Source: a virus (Duplodnaviria; Caudoviricetes). Taken from it: DNA of 53,894 nt. The notes under the pieces are model-generated. The model worked only from the letters and a program-made list of their open reading frames with translations. It made no database searches and was not told the origin of the DNA. The stretch covers positions 1-53,894 of the IMG/VR virus record IMGVR_UViG_3300048582_000124, one strand, 5' to 3'. The translations under genes were made by a program, and so were the position numbers. The stretch's first letter is position 1. The number at the start of each line of letters is the position of its first letter. This document shows positions 45,900 through 53,894 of this stretch, one piece after another.

Positions 45900-46751
45900 T
45901 TAAACTGCCATTCCTGGCTTGTTTTTAAAATCCGGTTCCGGATCATAGCCGTTTATTGTTACATCTTCGTACTGTAACGCTAACAACTCGTCTAACGTAC
46001 TGAAGTCTTTGTTAAATGACAACGTAGGTAGTGCATTCGGTGTGCGCTTCTCCTGTTCTATTGCCATTTCTAATTGATTTTGATACAAATGTACATCCCA
46101 GCCGAAGAACACTAACTCGCCGGGTTGCAATCCTAACAGTTTTGCAAATGCCATGTTAAGGAAAGCATAGCTCATAATGTTATATGGTAGTCCGTATGCA
46201 GTATCTACGCTACGTTGAATCCAACAGCTATTTAATCTTCCGTTTTCGACCGAGTACATTTGCATAATATGGCATGGCGGAAGTGGAGTGCCACTGTTTT
46301 GCTGTGGGTTCCATGCAGAAACAATGTGACGACGCCCATTAGGATCGTTTTTCAGTCCTTCGAGGAGTTCGGCAATTTGATCTACGCCGTCGTGATTACC
46401 AAGGGAGCCACCAAAATTGCGCCACTGGTGACTATAGCCGGTGCCCAAGGATCCTTCGGGGAGATGGTGGAGTCCACGATTGTCCAAAAACTCTCGTGTG
46501 GTGTTGCCTTTCCAAATGTTAATGTTCTTCTCTTCGAGCGTCTTTGTGTCTGTCTCGCCACGGAGGAACATCATTGTTTCCTCAAACGCAATTCTGAGAG
46601 CAACCTTCCGCGTAGTTATAATCGGGAAGCCGTCTGATAAGTCCCAACGTAGAGTAGCACCGTTGATAAATGTGCTGCCTATACCGGTGCGGTCAGGGCG
46701 CTGAGTGCCTGTTGTTAAAATTTCGTGCAATAAATCTAAATAGTTCTGCAT
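45900..46751 (-). CDS. thyA: Thymidylate synthase
   Basis: DRTG, LPPCH, QRSVD, GLPYN, DVHLYQN. Confidence 0.95.
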   Translation of the reverse strand: MQNYLDLLHEILTTGTQRPDRTGIGSTFINGATLRWDLSDGFPIITTRKVALRIAFEETMMFLRGETDTKTLEEKNINIWKGNTTREFLDNRGLHHLPEGSLGTGYSHQWRNFGGSLGNHDGVDQIAELLEGLKNDPNGRRHIVSAWNPQQNSGTPLPPCHIMQMYSVENGRLNSCWIQRSVDTAYGLPYNIMSYAFLNMAFAKLLGLQPGELVFFGWDVHLYQNQLEMAIEQEKRTPNALPTLSFNKDFSTLDELLALQYEDVTINGYDPEPDFKNKPGMAV

Positions 46752-46753
46752 CC

Positions 46754-47245
46754 TTACCTCATGAATTTATGATTTCCGTATGTTTTTGTTGCAGCAAAGG
46801 CGTTTGCCCACCGAGGGTTTGCCAATTTAGGATTATAATAATGTGTAGCTCCAGCAGTGTTGTCAACTGCAACACCGGATAGCGCCATTATTGCTACAGT
46901 TGCAGCAAGTTCAAACGAATCAATGTTCTTCTGCACTGGCTTGCCGTTATGATAAAACTTAATGTCGTCTGGTTTACCATCGCAATACCAGGAGAATTGA
47001 CATTTATTCCTTAAGGGACGACCTGCACCGTCCCGGATTGCTTGTGTGATCACTTCTTTTACTGTTTTTTCGTTTGTAACTCTATTCAGTGTTGTGTGTG
47101 CAACAGCAAATTGACCTGCAAAGGATTCGCCACGAGCTTCGTGATAAATATTCTTTGCAAGCCAATATGCATCTTCCTCATTTACGTTTATTGCTAGCTG
47201 ATTCTGTGACAGCAATTGTACCAATATCAGATTTGCAGTTAACAT
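46754..47245 (-). CDS. Cell wall hydrolase (SleB/Hydrolase_2)
   Basis: NIYHEARGE, CQFSW, GATHYY, GNHKF. Confidence 0.9.
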   Translation of the reverse strand: MLTANLILVQLLSQNQLAINVNEEDAYWLAKNIYHEARGESFAGQFAVAHTTLNRVTNEKTVKEVITQAIRDGAGRPLRNKCQFSWYCDGKPDDIKFYHNGKPVQKNIDSFELAATVAIMALSGVAVDNTAGATHYYNPKLANPRWANAFAATKTYGNHKFMR

Positions 47246-47259
47246 AAGTACTACCTTTG

Positions 47260-48024
47260 TTAATGAAATGGAACAAACGACGTAAAGGTTAACGCATCGT
47301 CGGTGAATTTAAACACAGCTCCGGTCACATGACCGCCAATTACCGATGATTTGCCAGCACTAGTGTCCGTAAATAACACAGTGCCGCCAGCTACACCAGT
47401 TCTTGTCACTGCTTCTGTTGTCGCTTTACCCATAGCAGTCCTGTCGTGTCCAACTACAACAGTGCGGCCGGCTGGGATTTTATCTACCCAACCGTAAGTC
47501 CTGACAGGAAATCCCACTTCGTCGCGAGTTCCGTCTACTTCGCCGTACAACGCCATTGCTTTTGCTTTCCCTGTTAATGTTTCGGGTGCATCCCAAACGC
47601 TATGGTGCGCAGCAGCATGTAAAAACGTAGTATCTCCGAAGCGGAAGTAATGTTTTGCCCTATCATGCTCTACGATTCCGCGAACATCTGCTAAGAATGC
47701 ATCAACATCAGATACGTGATCTAACGTAGCTAACTGGTCCTTGCCTAAGTGGACAGGATTTCCAGCAGCGTACCGATAGAACTTGTCTTCGTGGTTGCCG
47801 ATAATAGCAACAGCACGACCCGTATCTAACGATTCCCGTACAAAAGCTACAGTTTCGTGCGGTCGCTTGCCGCCGTCAATATAATCGCCCAAAAACACTA
47901 CAAAAAAGTCATGTTCAGTGGCGTATTTAACGGCGGCAGTAACTAAATGAAACTCCGCATGGACATCGCTTACGGCTAAAACACCGGAGTATCTGTCTCT
48001 GTCTATAATATGTTTTAAGTCCAT
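47260..48024 (-). CDS. Metallophosphoesterase resembling the bacterial Pnkp phosphatase module
   Basis: SDVH, GDYIDG, GNHE, ALYGEVDG..GFPVR..W, VVGH. Confidence 0.8.
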   Translation of the reverse strand: MDLKHIIDRDRYSGVLAVSDVHAEFHLVTAAVKYATEHDFFVVFLGDYIDGGKRPHETVAFVRESLDTGRAVAIIGNHEDKFYRYAAGNPVHLGKDQLATLDHVSDVDAFLADVRGIVEHDRAKHYFRFGDTTFLHAAAHHSVWDAPETLTGKAKAMALYGEVDGTRDEVGFPVRTYGWVDKIPAGRTVVVGHDRTAMGKATTEAVTRTGVAGGTVLFTDTSAGKSSVIGGHVTGAVFKFTDDALTFTSFVPFH

Positions 48025-48068
48025 GTGGACACCTACTAAATGAAACGCTGTTTTCAGCTTTAGTGTGT

Positions 48069-48097
48069 AGTATACATAGATTTAGAGTACTTGTCAA
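48069..48097 (-). promoter_or_regulatory. sigma70-type promoter
   Basis: TTGACA-17-TATACT. Confidence 0.8.
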
Positions 48098-48103
48098 GCG
48101 TTA

Positions 48104-48904
48104 TTAGACTAAAAGAACAAAATTCTCGTCAAATCCAACTTCCTTCGGATCCTCGTATCCTGCATAACCCCGGGGATTACTCATCACGTAAGTATCGCCT
48201 AACTTTACGTTAATAGCAGTGTGCGTATGCCCGAATAACCAGTAATCAATCTTATACTGATTAAACAACCTATCGCAGTTTGCATGAAACGCTGGATTAA
48301 GCGGATGATTTGCAAACTTGCCAGCCGCAAGAGACGGGCTCGGGGAGAAGTGAGTACACACAATTGTGGTGCCGTTCCACTCTTTACTTAATTCTTCCTC
48401 GAAAAATGATATAGTTGCAGCATGATACTTTATAGTGTCAGACGGTTGCAGTCTACGAACATTCTGATGGATATACGGCCCTACTTCATTAGGCGTGTAA
48501 AGTTCAATTACATGATAATCATTCATGTTGCGCTTTGCGTATTCCATTGCCATGAAATCACCGTTGTTAAGGTCAGTCCACATAGTTGCACCTAAAATAC
48601 GAATATCATCATGTATAAAAACTTCGTTATCAAGCACAAACAGGTTATTGTGTTCTGCTTCTCTATCTTTCCAATACTTTTTAACAGCATTGTACTCGCC
48701 GCCGTAGAATTCGTGGTTGCCCAGAATGTACAGAACAAACTTAAATTGTCTTGTGCAACGTTCGACAAACTCTCGTGGTTTTCCGCGCTCGCCAATATCG
48801 CCGTTTAGGATCAAAATGGTTTCAGCATCTTCGGGGCGCTTAGGCACTTTGAATTTTCCGCACTCCAGGTGGAGATCGGACCATAAGATTATTCTCTGAA
48901 GCAT
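48104..48904 (-). CDS. Calcineurin-like metallophosphoesterase
   Basis: SDLH, GDI, GNHE, THF.P, GHTH, NPRGY. Confidence 0.88.
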   Translation of the reverse strand: MLQRIILWSDLHLECGKFKVPKRPEDAETILILNGDIGERGKPREFVERCTRQFKFVLYILGNHEFYGGEYNAVKKYWKDREAEHNNLFVLDNEVFIHDDIRILGATMWTDLNNGDFMAMEYAKRNMNDYHVIELYTPNEVGPYIHQNVRRLQPSDTIKYHAATISFFEEELSKEWNGTTIVCTHFSPSPSLAAGKFANHPLNPAFHANCDRLFNQYKIDYWLFGHTHTAINVKLGDTYVMSNPRGYAGYEDPKEVGFDENFVLLV

Positions 48905-48910
48905 ATTATA

Positions 48911-49336
48911 TTATATCTCGCTGTCTGGCCATTCTACTGGATACCAATGCATTTCAGCAAGTACTTTAGCAACACGTTCGCTAACTGTGCCTTCGCTGCC
49001 GCTAGAATACCAGTCCATGTAGTCTTCTTGTATGTCTTGTTTAATTAAAAATCTGTTACGCAAATCAGCAATTATTCCGCCAGCATATCGCCACGATGAG
49101 CTAAATGCATCGTTATCACCGTAGTCCGACGGTTGTTGTTTTTTCAATGCTATAACAATAGTCTCGGGGTCTTCGGGTGGCATAAAAACCCAGCGCATAT
49201 TACATAACGCAGCATACAGCTCTTTTGCAAAAGTGTCATCTTTTACCAGATTAAGTATAACATTAGACGCTACGAGATCATATTCAAGATTATACGGATA
49301 CATATCAAGTCCATAGTGATTTACGTATTTTAACAA
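48911..49336 (-). CDS. Hypothetical protein
   Basis: LYAALCN..SWRYAGGIIA..YMDWY. Confidence 0.7.
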   Translation of the reverse strand: MLKYVNHYGLDMYPYNLEYDLVASNVILNLVKDDTFAKELYAALCNMRWVFMPPEDPETIVIALKKQQPSDYGDNDAFSSSWRYAGGIIADLRNRFLIKQDIQEDYMDWYSSGSEGTVSERVAKVLAEMHWYPVEWPDSEI

Positions 49337-50054
49337 GACGAATTAACATTTCGGTATCTTCTTCTATCCACCTTTCTTCTTGTTCTTGATGATCCTTGCA
49401 CCATTGTTGAAAAGCGGCGTAATATTCTGGATGTTTCTTACGGTACGCATCTGTCATCCTGTGCATAAAAGAACGATTATTGTCGCATTCCGGTTCCGGT
49501 GGAGATTCCAACTCTTCTCTTGCAGGTCGATCAAAAACCCACCAAGTGTATAGTTCAATTACCTCTCTTGCAGCGGCTGCTTGGTGAGGATTAGGTTCTT
49601 GCTCGTCGGCGTCGAGAGTGGCTTCCCATTCTAGGTATTTTATACCATTGAGCGGATTAATTACCCTTCTACGACCCAGTAGTTTATTAAGACTAGATGG
49701 TGCTTCTTCACCTGACTCATGACAAAAGCGATACATACTAGCCTTTTCAACTTCAACAAACTTCTTTAATAAATTAAAGTTTGTATGCAGAATGAGAGTA
49801 TCCGTATCGTAATAACCAGGATTTAGTCCAGTGTCAACTATGTGATATCTACGATTCACCCGATACCGAAGCCAGTCTTGGGCCGCTTCGTATTTCCATT
49901 TAACCGGATACCAAGTTAAGTAAGGTAGCTTACGTGTAATCCAATATCGAATAGGGGCTTGTTTAATGAACTCTTGTTCCCATTCGTGCCATTCATCGGC
50001 CGTTCCCATCCGTAAACGATCAAAATTTAACCATTTTTTAAATCCAGATAGCAT
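49305..50054 (-). CDS. Hypothetical protein
   Basis: 249 aa, Trp-rich. Confidence 0.7.
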   Translation of the reverse strand: MLSGFKKWLNFDRLRMGTADEWHEWEQEFIKQAPIRYWITRKLPYLTWYPVKWKYEAAQDWLRYRVNRRYHIVDTGLNPGYYDTDTLILHTNFNLLKKFVEVEKASMYRFCHESGEEAPSSLNKLLGRRRVINPLNGIKYLEWEATLDADEQEPNPHQAAAAREVIELYTWWVFDRPAREELESPPEPECDNNRSFMHRMTDAYRKKHPEYYAAFQQWCKDHQEQEERWIEEDTEMLIRLVKIRKSLWT

Positions 50055-50056
50055 TC

Positions 50057-50260
50057 TTACTTCTCTACTGTGTGCGATACGAACCCGTTTAGTTTTTCAG
50101 CTTCTGCAATAATTTCTTCAGAAGAGACATCTGCACACGGTAGCACTCCGTTAGTTGTATCTAACTTGTATTGTTCTACCATTTTACGCTCTCTTACGAT
50201 AGAATATGCTAATTGTAGCAAATCTGAGCGGATTTCATAAGGTGTTTTACCTGTTTTCAT
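50057..50260 (-). CDS. Hypothetical protein
   Basis: KTPYEIRSDLLQLA..IIAEAEKLNGFV; SD GGAG. Confidence 0.7.
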   Translation of the reverse strand: MKTGKTPYEIRSDLLQLAYSIVRERKMVEQYKLDTTNGVLPCADVSSEEIIAEAEKLNGFVSHTVEK

Positions 50261-50282
50261 GTGTGTTCTCCATTGTTTTATT

Positions 50283-50311
50283 ATTATACACTATATTTGC
50301 TAGTCATGCAA
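50283..50311 (-). promoter_or_regulatory. sigma70-type promoter
   Basis: TTGCAT-17-TATAAT. Confidence 0.6.
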
Positions 50312-50314
50312 CTA

Positions 50315-50632
50315 CTATGTGATTATTTTTTTTGCCTGCGGTAATACTAAATCAGTTGCAGCTGATTCGTATGCTGTTTTAAAACTCGAAGCCGGCGCAT
50401 AGGTAGCTACAATTGAACTATACCTAAACGTCGGGTCCGAGTTATCGTCGGCCATCATTAAGAAAGGTAGCAAAGTTAGCCCCGATTGTGTAGCAGCTAA
50501 CTGGAAAGGGCGATGAACTACGACTTCCTTGTCGCTGAAGGATACAACCTTTCCAATAATTTCTTCCCCGGATGATATCTTAAACGAAATTACTTCATTT
50601 ACTGTTATTTGTGTGTCTTTTCTTATTAGCAT
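50315..50632 (-). CDS. Hypothetical protein (possible Sm-like fold)
   Basis: FKISSGEEIIGKV. Confidence 0.65.
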   Translation of the reverse strand: MLIRKDTQITVNEVISFKISSGEEIIGKVVSFSDKEVVVHRPFQLAATQSGLTLLPFLMMADDNSDPTFRYSSIVATYAPASSFKTAYESAATDLVLPQAKKIIT

Positions 50633-50639
50633 CTTCGAA

Positions 50640-51092
50640 TTACTTCTTTAGGATTAATGGAATTTCATTATCTTTTGGTGGATAACCTTCGCCGTCCGAC
50701 GGATCGTCTTCCATTACTGATAATACCCCAAATTGTGTTTTATCTACAGCATAGTTAACAGTAAACTCAAAATTACCGTATCCGTCTACTCCACCGCCTA
50801 AAGTAGCGCCGCCGGCAATAATTTTACCAGTAGCATCTGCTAGCTGCCAAGGTACATTCGATTCAAAAGAACGAGAACACCCCTTAACTGTAAAACCCGA
50901 CTTAACTCTATCTCCCGACTTAGGAGACTGGACAATGACGAAGCCTGCATCAGACAATGCACTGTCGTCGTTCTTGCAATTATCCACAATCTCTGGACGT
51001 GGTCTGTGAGACTGATGTACAAACGGGCCTGTGCAAGCTGAAATAAGCGCAGTTAACCCTAACACTAATGCAATGAGACTAAAATTAAACAT
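50640..51092 (-). CDS. Lipoprotein with Gmad2-like Ig domain
   Basis: Lipobox LISA-C; VQSP..GD..FTVKG.SRSFESNV. Confidence 0.65.
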   Translation of the reverse strand: MFNFSLIALVLGLTALISACTGPFVHQSHRPRPEIVDNCKNDDSALSDAGFVIVQSPKSGDRVKSGFTVKGCSRSFESNVPWQLADATGKIIAGGATLGGGVDGYGNFEFTVNYAVDKTQFGVLSVMEDDPSDGEGYPPKDNEIPLILKK

Positions 51093-51103
51093 ATATTACT
51101 CCT

Positions 51104-52198
51104 TTAAAAATCAAATTCAATTACGTCATCCCCTAAATCATCCTTAATTACGTTTAGGGCGTAATTGTTGTTGTCGGCCTCTTGGTTTGCGTTCTGGAAT
51201 TTGTCTATATTTATCCAATTTGACATCCAAGCAAGTGGATTCTTAGTGGTCTTTCTCGGATTAGGCAATTTTAAATCTTTATATATTGCCTGTGCGTTAG
51301 ACACTACCCACTCATTTAACAAATTAGGCGTTAATCCGACAATCGAGCGGCCGTCTTCGAATAAAAACTCAGTCCATGCAAACTCTTGCCGAACTACTTC
51401 CTCAATCATCTCGCATAATTCATCTTTCATGCTCTCGAATGCTATCTGCCCACGCTCAGTTTTCAATTCGGCATGTAAAACCGCGGAATCGAACTCGGCG
51501 TGACAAGCTAGCTCGTCAATCATGATCTTTTGTACTGCTTTACCAATGCTCTGAAAGAATCCCTGCTCCACTATTGCAAAAGTAGCAGCAAAGGATGACA
51601 TAAATTGCAGTCTTTCAAGTATATATAAAGCAAACATAGCTTTGAAAACATAGTTGTATGTTCCCTGATCGTTTTGACGCAACCCTAATGTAAATTCTGC
51701 GCCAACTCTTGCTAAATCTTCAAACGCCTGTGACACCTTTTCGGCTCTTTTGTGGAATACAGGCGTATTCATAATCATGTCAAATATTTCATTAGGATTC
51801 TTAATACAAAGCCTAATCATCTCACTATATGTTAACGAATGAATAATTTCCATATTGGAGTTTTCCATCATCGCCGCCCATGCTTCGGAGCATGTTACAA
51901 ACGGTGCAAACAGTGGCGCAATGGCGCGCGATGCTACTGAATCTAGCTCCCACTGGAATGCTAAGTTCAGTATCATAATCTTATAAACGCTTTCGGGGCA
52001 CTTTATAAAATCTAAGCGTGACTGGTCGTGGTTAAACTCATCCTCTACCCAACGCTGCGATACTTGCTGCTTATAAATCTTAAACAGCTTAGGGTATCGA
52101 ACGTTAATAGAATCGTAAAGTCCGGGCTGTTGACCGAGGAAAATAGAATAACTATTATCCTTCCACTCTGTGTTCTGTGTATTAAAAACTGACATCAT
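51104..52198 (-). CDS. nrdB: Ribonucleotide reductase class Ia beta subunit
   Basis: EIIHSLTYS, LERLQFMSSF, DELACH; C-terminal QE...NY. Confidence 0.93.
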   Translation of the reverse strand: MMSVFNTQNTEWKDNSYSIFLGQQPGLYDSINVRYPKLFKIYKQQVSQRWVEDEFNHDQSRLDFIKCPESVYKIMILNLAFQWELDSVASRAIAPLFAPFVTCSEAWAAMMENSNMEIIHSLTYSEMIRLCIKNPNEIFDMIMNTPVFHKRAEKVSQAFEDLARVGAEFTLGLRQNDQGTYNYVFKAMFALYILERLQFMSSFAATFAIVEQGFFQSIGKAVQKIMIDELACHAEFDSAVLHAELKTERGQIAFESMKDELCEMIEEVVRQEFAWTEFLFEDGRSIVGLTPNLLNEWVVSNAQAIYKDLKLPNPRKTTKNPLAWMSNWINIDKFQNANQEADNNNYALNVIKDDLGDDVIEFDF

Positions 52199-52206
52199 AT
52201 ATTCCT

Positions 52207-53894
52207 TTATAAACTGCATGCGCCGCTGGCACAGCCGCGTTCTTGATCATCTGTGTGCATCGTGGACATTGTAGAACTAGTACCGGAATTAAAATAATAC
52301 CTGGTCTTTAATCCTAACTTTGCTCTGTATGCAAATTCTTCTAATATTTGTTTTGTCCCGATCTTTTTATCTTCATCGCTCTTCATATTGATGTAAAAAT
52401 CTGCACTAATACCTTGCCCGGTAAATTTTTGCACCACAGCATATACTTCTGCCATATCGTTATGCGATATATCCCATGCAAACTCATAATCATTCTTTAA
52501 ACTCTCGTATCTGGGAGCCAGGAACGGGATTTTATTTATGCCAGAAGTCTTAATTACTGCAATTTCTCTGATCGGATATAGACCGTTTGTTGTCCCGGAC
52601 GATAAAGAAGACGACTCGCAAGGCATGTGCGCTTCTAATACGCTGTTTCGTATCCCACCATTTGCTATAATTTCTTGTCTTAGTGTTTCCCAATCACAAT
52701 GCAACGGCTCGTCGACAATTGTGTCGATGAACTTGTTGGCAGTATCAATAGGTAGCCAGCCATCGGGATACTTCGTCTTATTCATCCACTTGCATACACC
52801 ATATTCTTTAGCAAGGCGCAAAGAAGCTCTGTGAAGAGAATAGCTATGAAGTTCAGCTAAACGATGAATGTATCTTTTGCCTTCTAGAGTAGAATACTTT
52901 AGTTTCTTTGTAGCTAAATCATATGCTAGATTAGTAATACCGATTCCGGCGGAACGACGTGCTTGTGCAGTGCGCTTTAGGTGAGGGAACGGATAATCCA
53001 TAATCTCAATCACAGTATCGACCATTAACAGTGCATAGTACGAAACTTCCTCATACTCTCTCGGCTTAACGTTCCCTGCTATGATTGCTGCTAGGTTACA
53101 CAAGCCGATTTCGCCTGGGGCATCCGGCTCACTAGAATAAAGATCTGCGACACTATTAAATCCCGAAGTAACCAACGCAATCTCTTGACACAAGTTAGAA
53201 CTGTAAATCTTCTCTTTAAACGGCGTGTGTCGGTTTAATTCCGCACAGTTATGCTCGTAAAGTCTGCCGGTACTGTACGCTTCAGTTAGCACAGTAGTTG
53301 CAATTTCGCGTGCCTTCATAAATTTCTTAGGTATACGCTTGTTTTTTAGCACTTTTTCATACAATTCTACGAACTTACTTTCATCGGCGTCGTACATTGC
53401 TTCATACAAGTCCGGTGCGTCGGCGTAGCTAACAAGCATCCAGTCGTCGTTCATTAACGCTTTCTTAACAAACGTTAGGTTATAACCAAAAGAGTAATCA
53501 ATATCTTTAATACGCTTTTCGGTAACAGTTTGCACATTCTTTAGCTTCATTAGATCCTCGAGTTCCGGATCTAACAAGTTAAAGTGCATAGTAAGTGCGC
53601 CACCACGATTGGCTTGTAAATTAGCTAATACTGATGCTTGTGCCACTTTATAGTAAGGGAGTTTACCTTGATGTACAATCATTCCATGCCTAACTTTATC
53701 GCCGGCGCTACGAGACTTAATGTGATGGCCGATGCCTGCAGATGCACAAGTCATCATATATGCAATGTGATCTGCTGCTGCTAAAGAAGGGGCTGTGTCA
53801 TTAGTAGTAATAACACAACACGATGCGTACTGTTTCTTAGGTGTGCCTAAATTAATCAAATTAGGCGACGGTGGATTAATTTTCTTCATACTAA
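52207..53894 (-). CDS. nrdA: Ribonucleotide reductase class Ia alpha subunit (N-terminus outside the window)
   Basis: ASCC, SSNLCQEI, LCNL, KTRYY, C-terminal CASGACSL; frame open to the window edge. Confidence 0.95.
   Translation of the reverse strand, partial: SMKKINPPSPNLINLGTPKKQYASCCVITTNDTAPSLAAADHIAYMMTCASAGIGHHIKSRSAGDKVRHGMIVHQGKLPYYKVAQASVLANLQANRGGALTMHFNLLDPELEDLMKLKNVQTVTEKRIKDIDYSFGYNLTFVKKALMNDDWMLVSYADAPDLYEAMYDADESKFVELYEKVLKNKRIPKKFMKAREIATTVLTEAYSTGRLYEHNCAELNRHTPFKEKIYSSNLCQEIALVTSGFNSVADLYSSEPDAPGEIGLCNLAAIIAGNVKPREYEEVSYYALLMVDTVIEIMDYPFPHLKRTAQARRSAGIGITNLAYDLATKKLKYSTLEGKRYIHRLAELHSYSLHRASLRLAKEYGVCKWMNKTKYPDGWLPIDTANKFIDTIVDEPLHCDWETLRQEIIANGGIRNSVLEAHMPCESSSLSSGTTNGLYPIREIAVIKTSGINKIPFLAPRYESLKNDYEFAWDISHNDMAEVYAVVQKFTGQGISADFYINMKSDEDKKIGTKQILEEFAYRAKLGLKTRYYFNSGTSSTMSTMHTDDQERGCASGACSL

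Noticed and set aside
45900-46751. dCMP hydroxymethylase or other base-modifying ThyA homologue
   Set aside because: The dUMP-specifying Asn (GLPYN) and other canonical ThyA motifs are retained
28247-51092. Sporulation module (SpoVR, PrkA, SleB, Gmad2)
   Set aside because: These families are widespread in non-sporulating bacteria and phages; ClpA/ClpS, GuaC and the IbpA-type sHsp point to a proteobacterial host
598-52834. Many plus-strand ORFs (e.g. 13797..14558, 41869..42645, 41171..41554)
   Set aside because: They are antisense shadows of well-supported minus-strand genes, with no recognisable motifs
52207-53894. Split or intron/intein-interrupted nrdA
   Set aside because: The frame stays open to the window edge, so the short length is truncation; no intein motifs are seen
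1-53894. Bacterial chromosome origin, or stop-codon recoding
   Set aside because: Host-like genes are interleaved with a T4-type clamp loader, ligase, late motifs and many orphans; genes are full length in the standard code and TAA, TAG and TGA all serve as stops

Overview
This window is a gene-dense, AT-rich, almost entirely minus-strand segment of a very large (jumbo) tailed dsDNA phage with T4-like features, probably infecting a Proteobacterium. That assignment is inferred from the clamp loader, GroES-like co-chaperonin, ATP-dependent ligase, PhoH, NrdAB, ThyA, a recurring late-promoter-like (G)(A/C)TAAATA motif and many near-perfect sigma70 promoters. It encodes a broad proteostasis set (ClpA, ClpS, ClpX, ClpP, DnaJ, GroES, sHsp, subtilase, PrkA-YeaH-SpoVR), translation factors (IF-1, bS21) and nucleotide enzymes (GuaC, PurA-like, MazG, HAD, FolE, QueD, ThyA, RNR). 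Best candidates for undescribed biology: (1) a PurA-like ligase lacking the aspartate-binding loop, co-transcribed with a vWA protein and a Met-rich protein; (2) a promoter-driven pair of secreted Gly/Ala/Ser-rich proteins with RNA hairpins that could set their ratio; (3) a ROSE-like RNA thermometer with an alternative fold upstream of the sHsp; (4) leaderless late mRNAs; (5) a 760-aa acidic protein with about 14 putative prohead-protease sites. No tRNA, rRNA, CRISPR array, IS element, intron or intein was recognised. All functional calls come from reading motifs by eye; no database searches were run.
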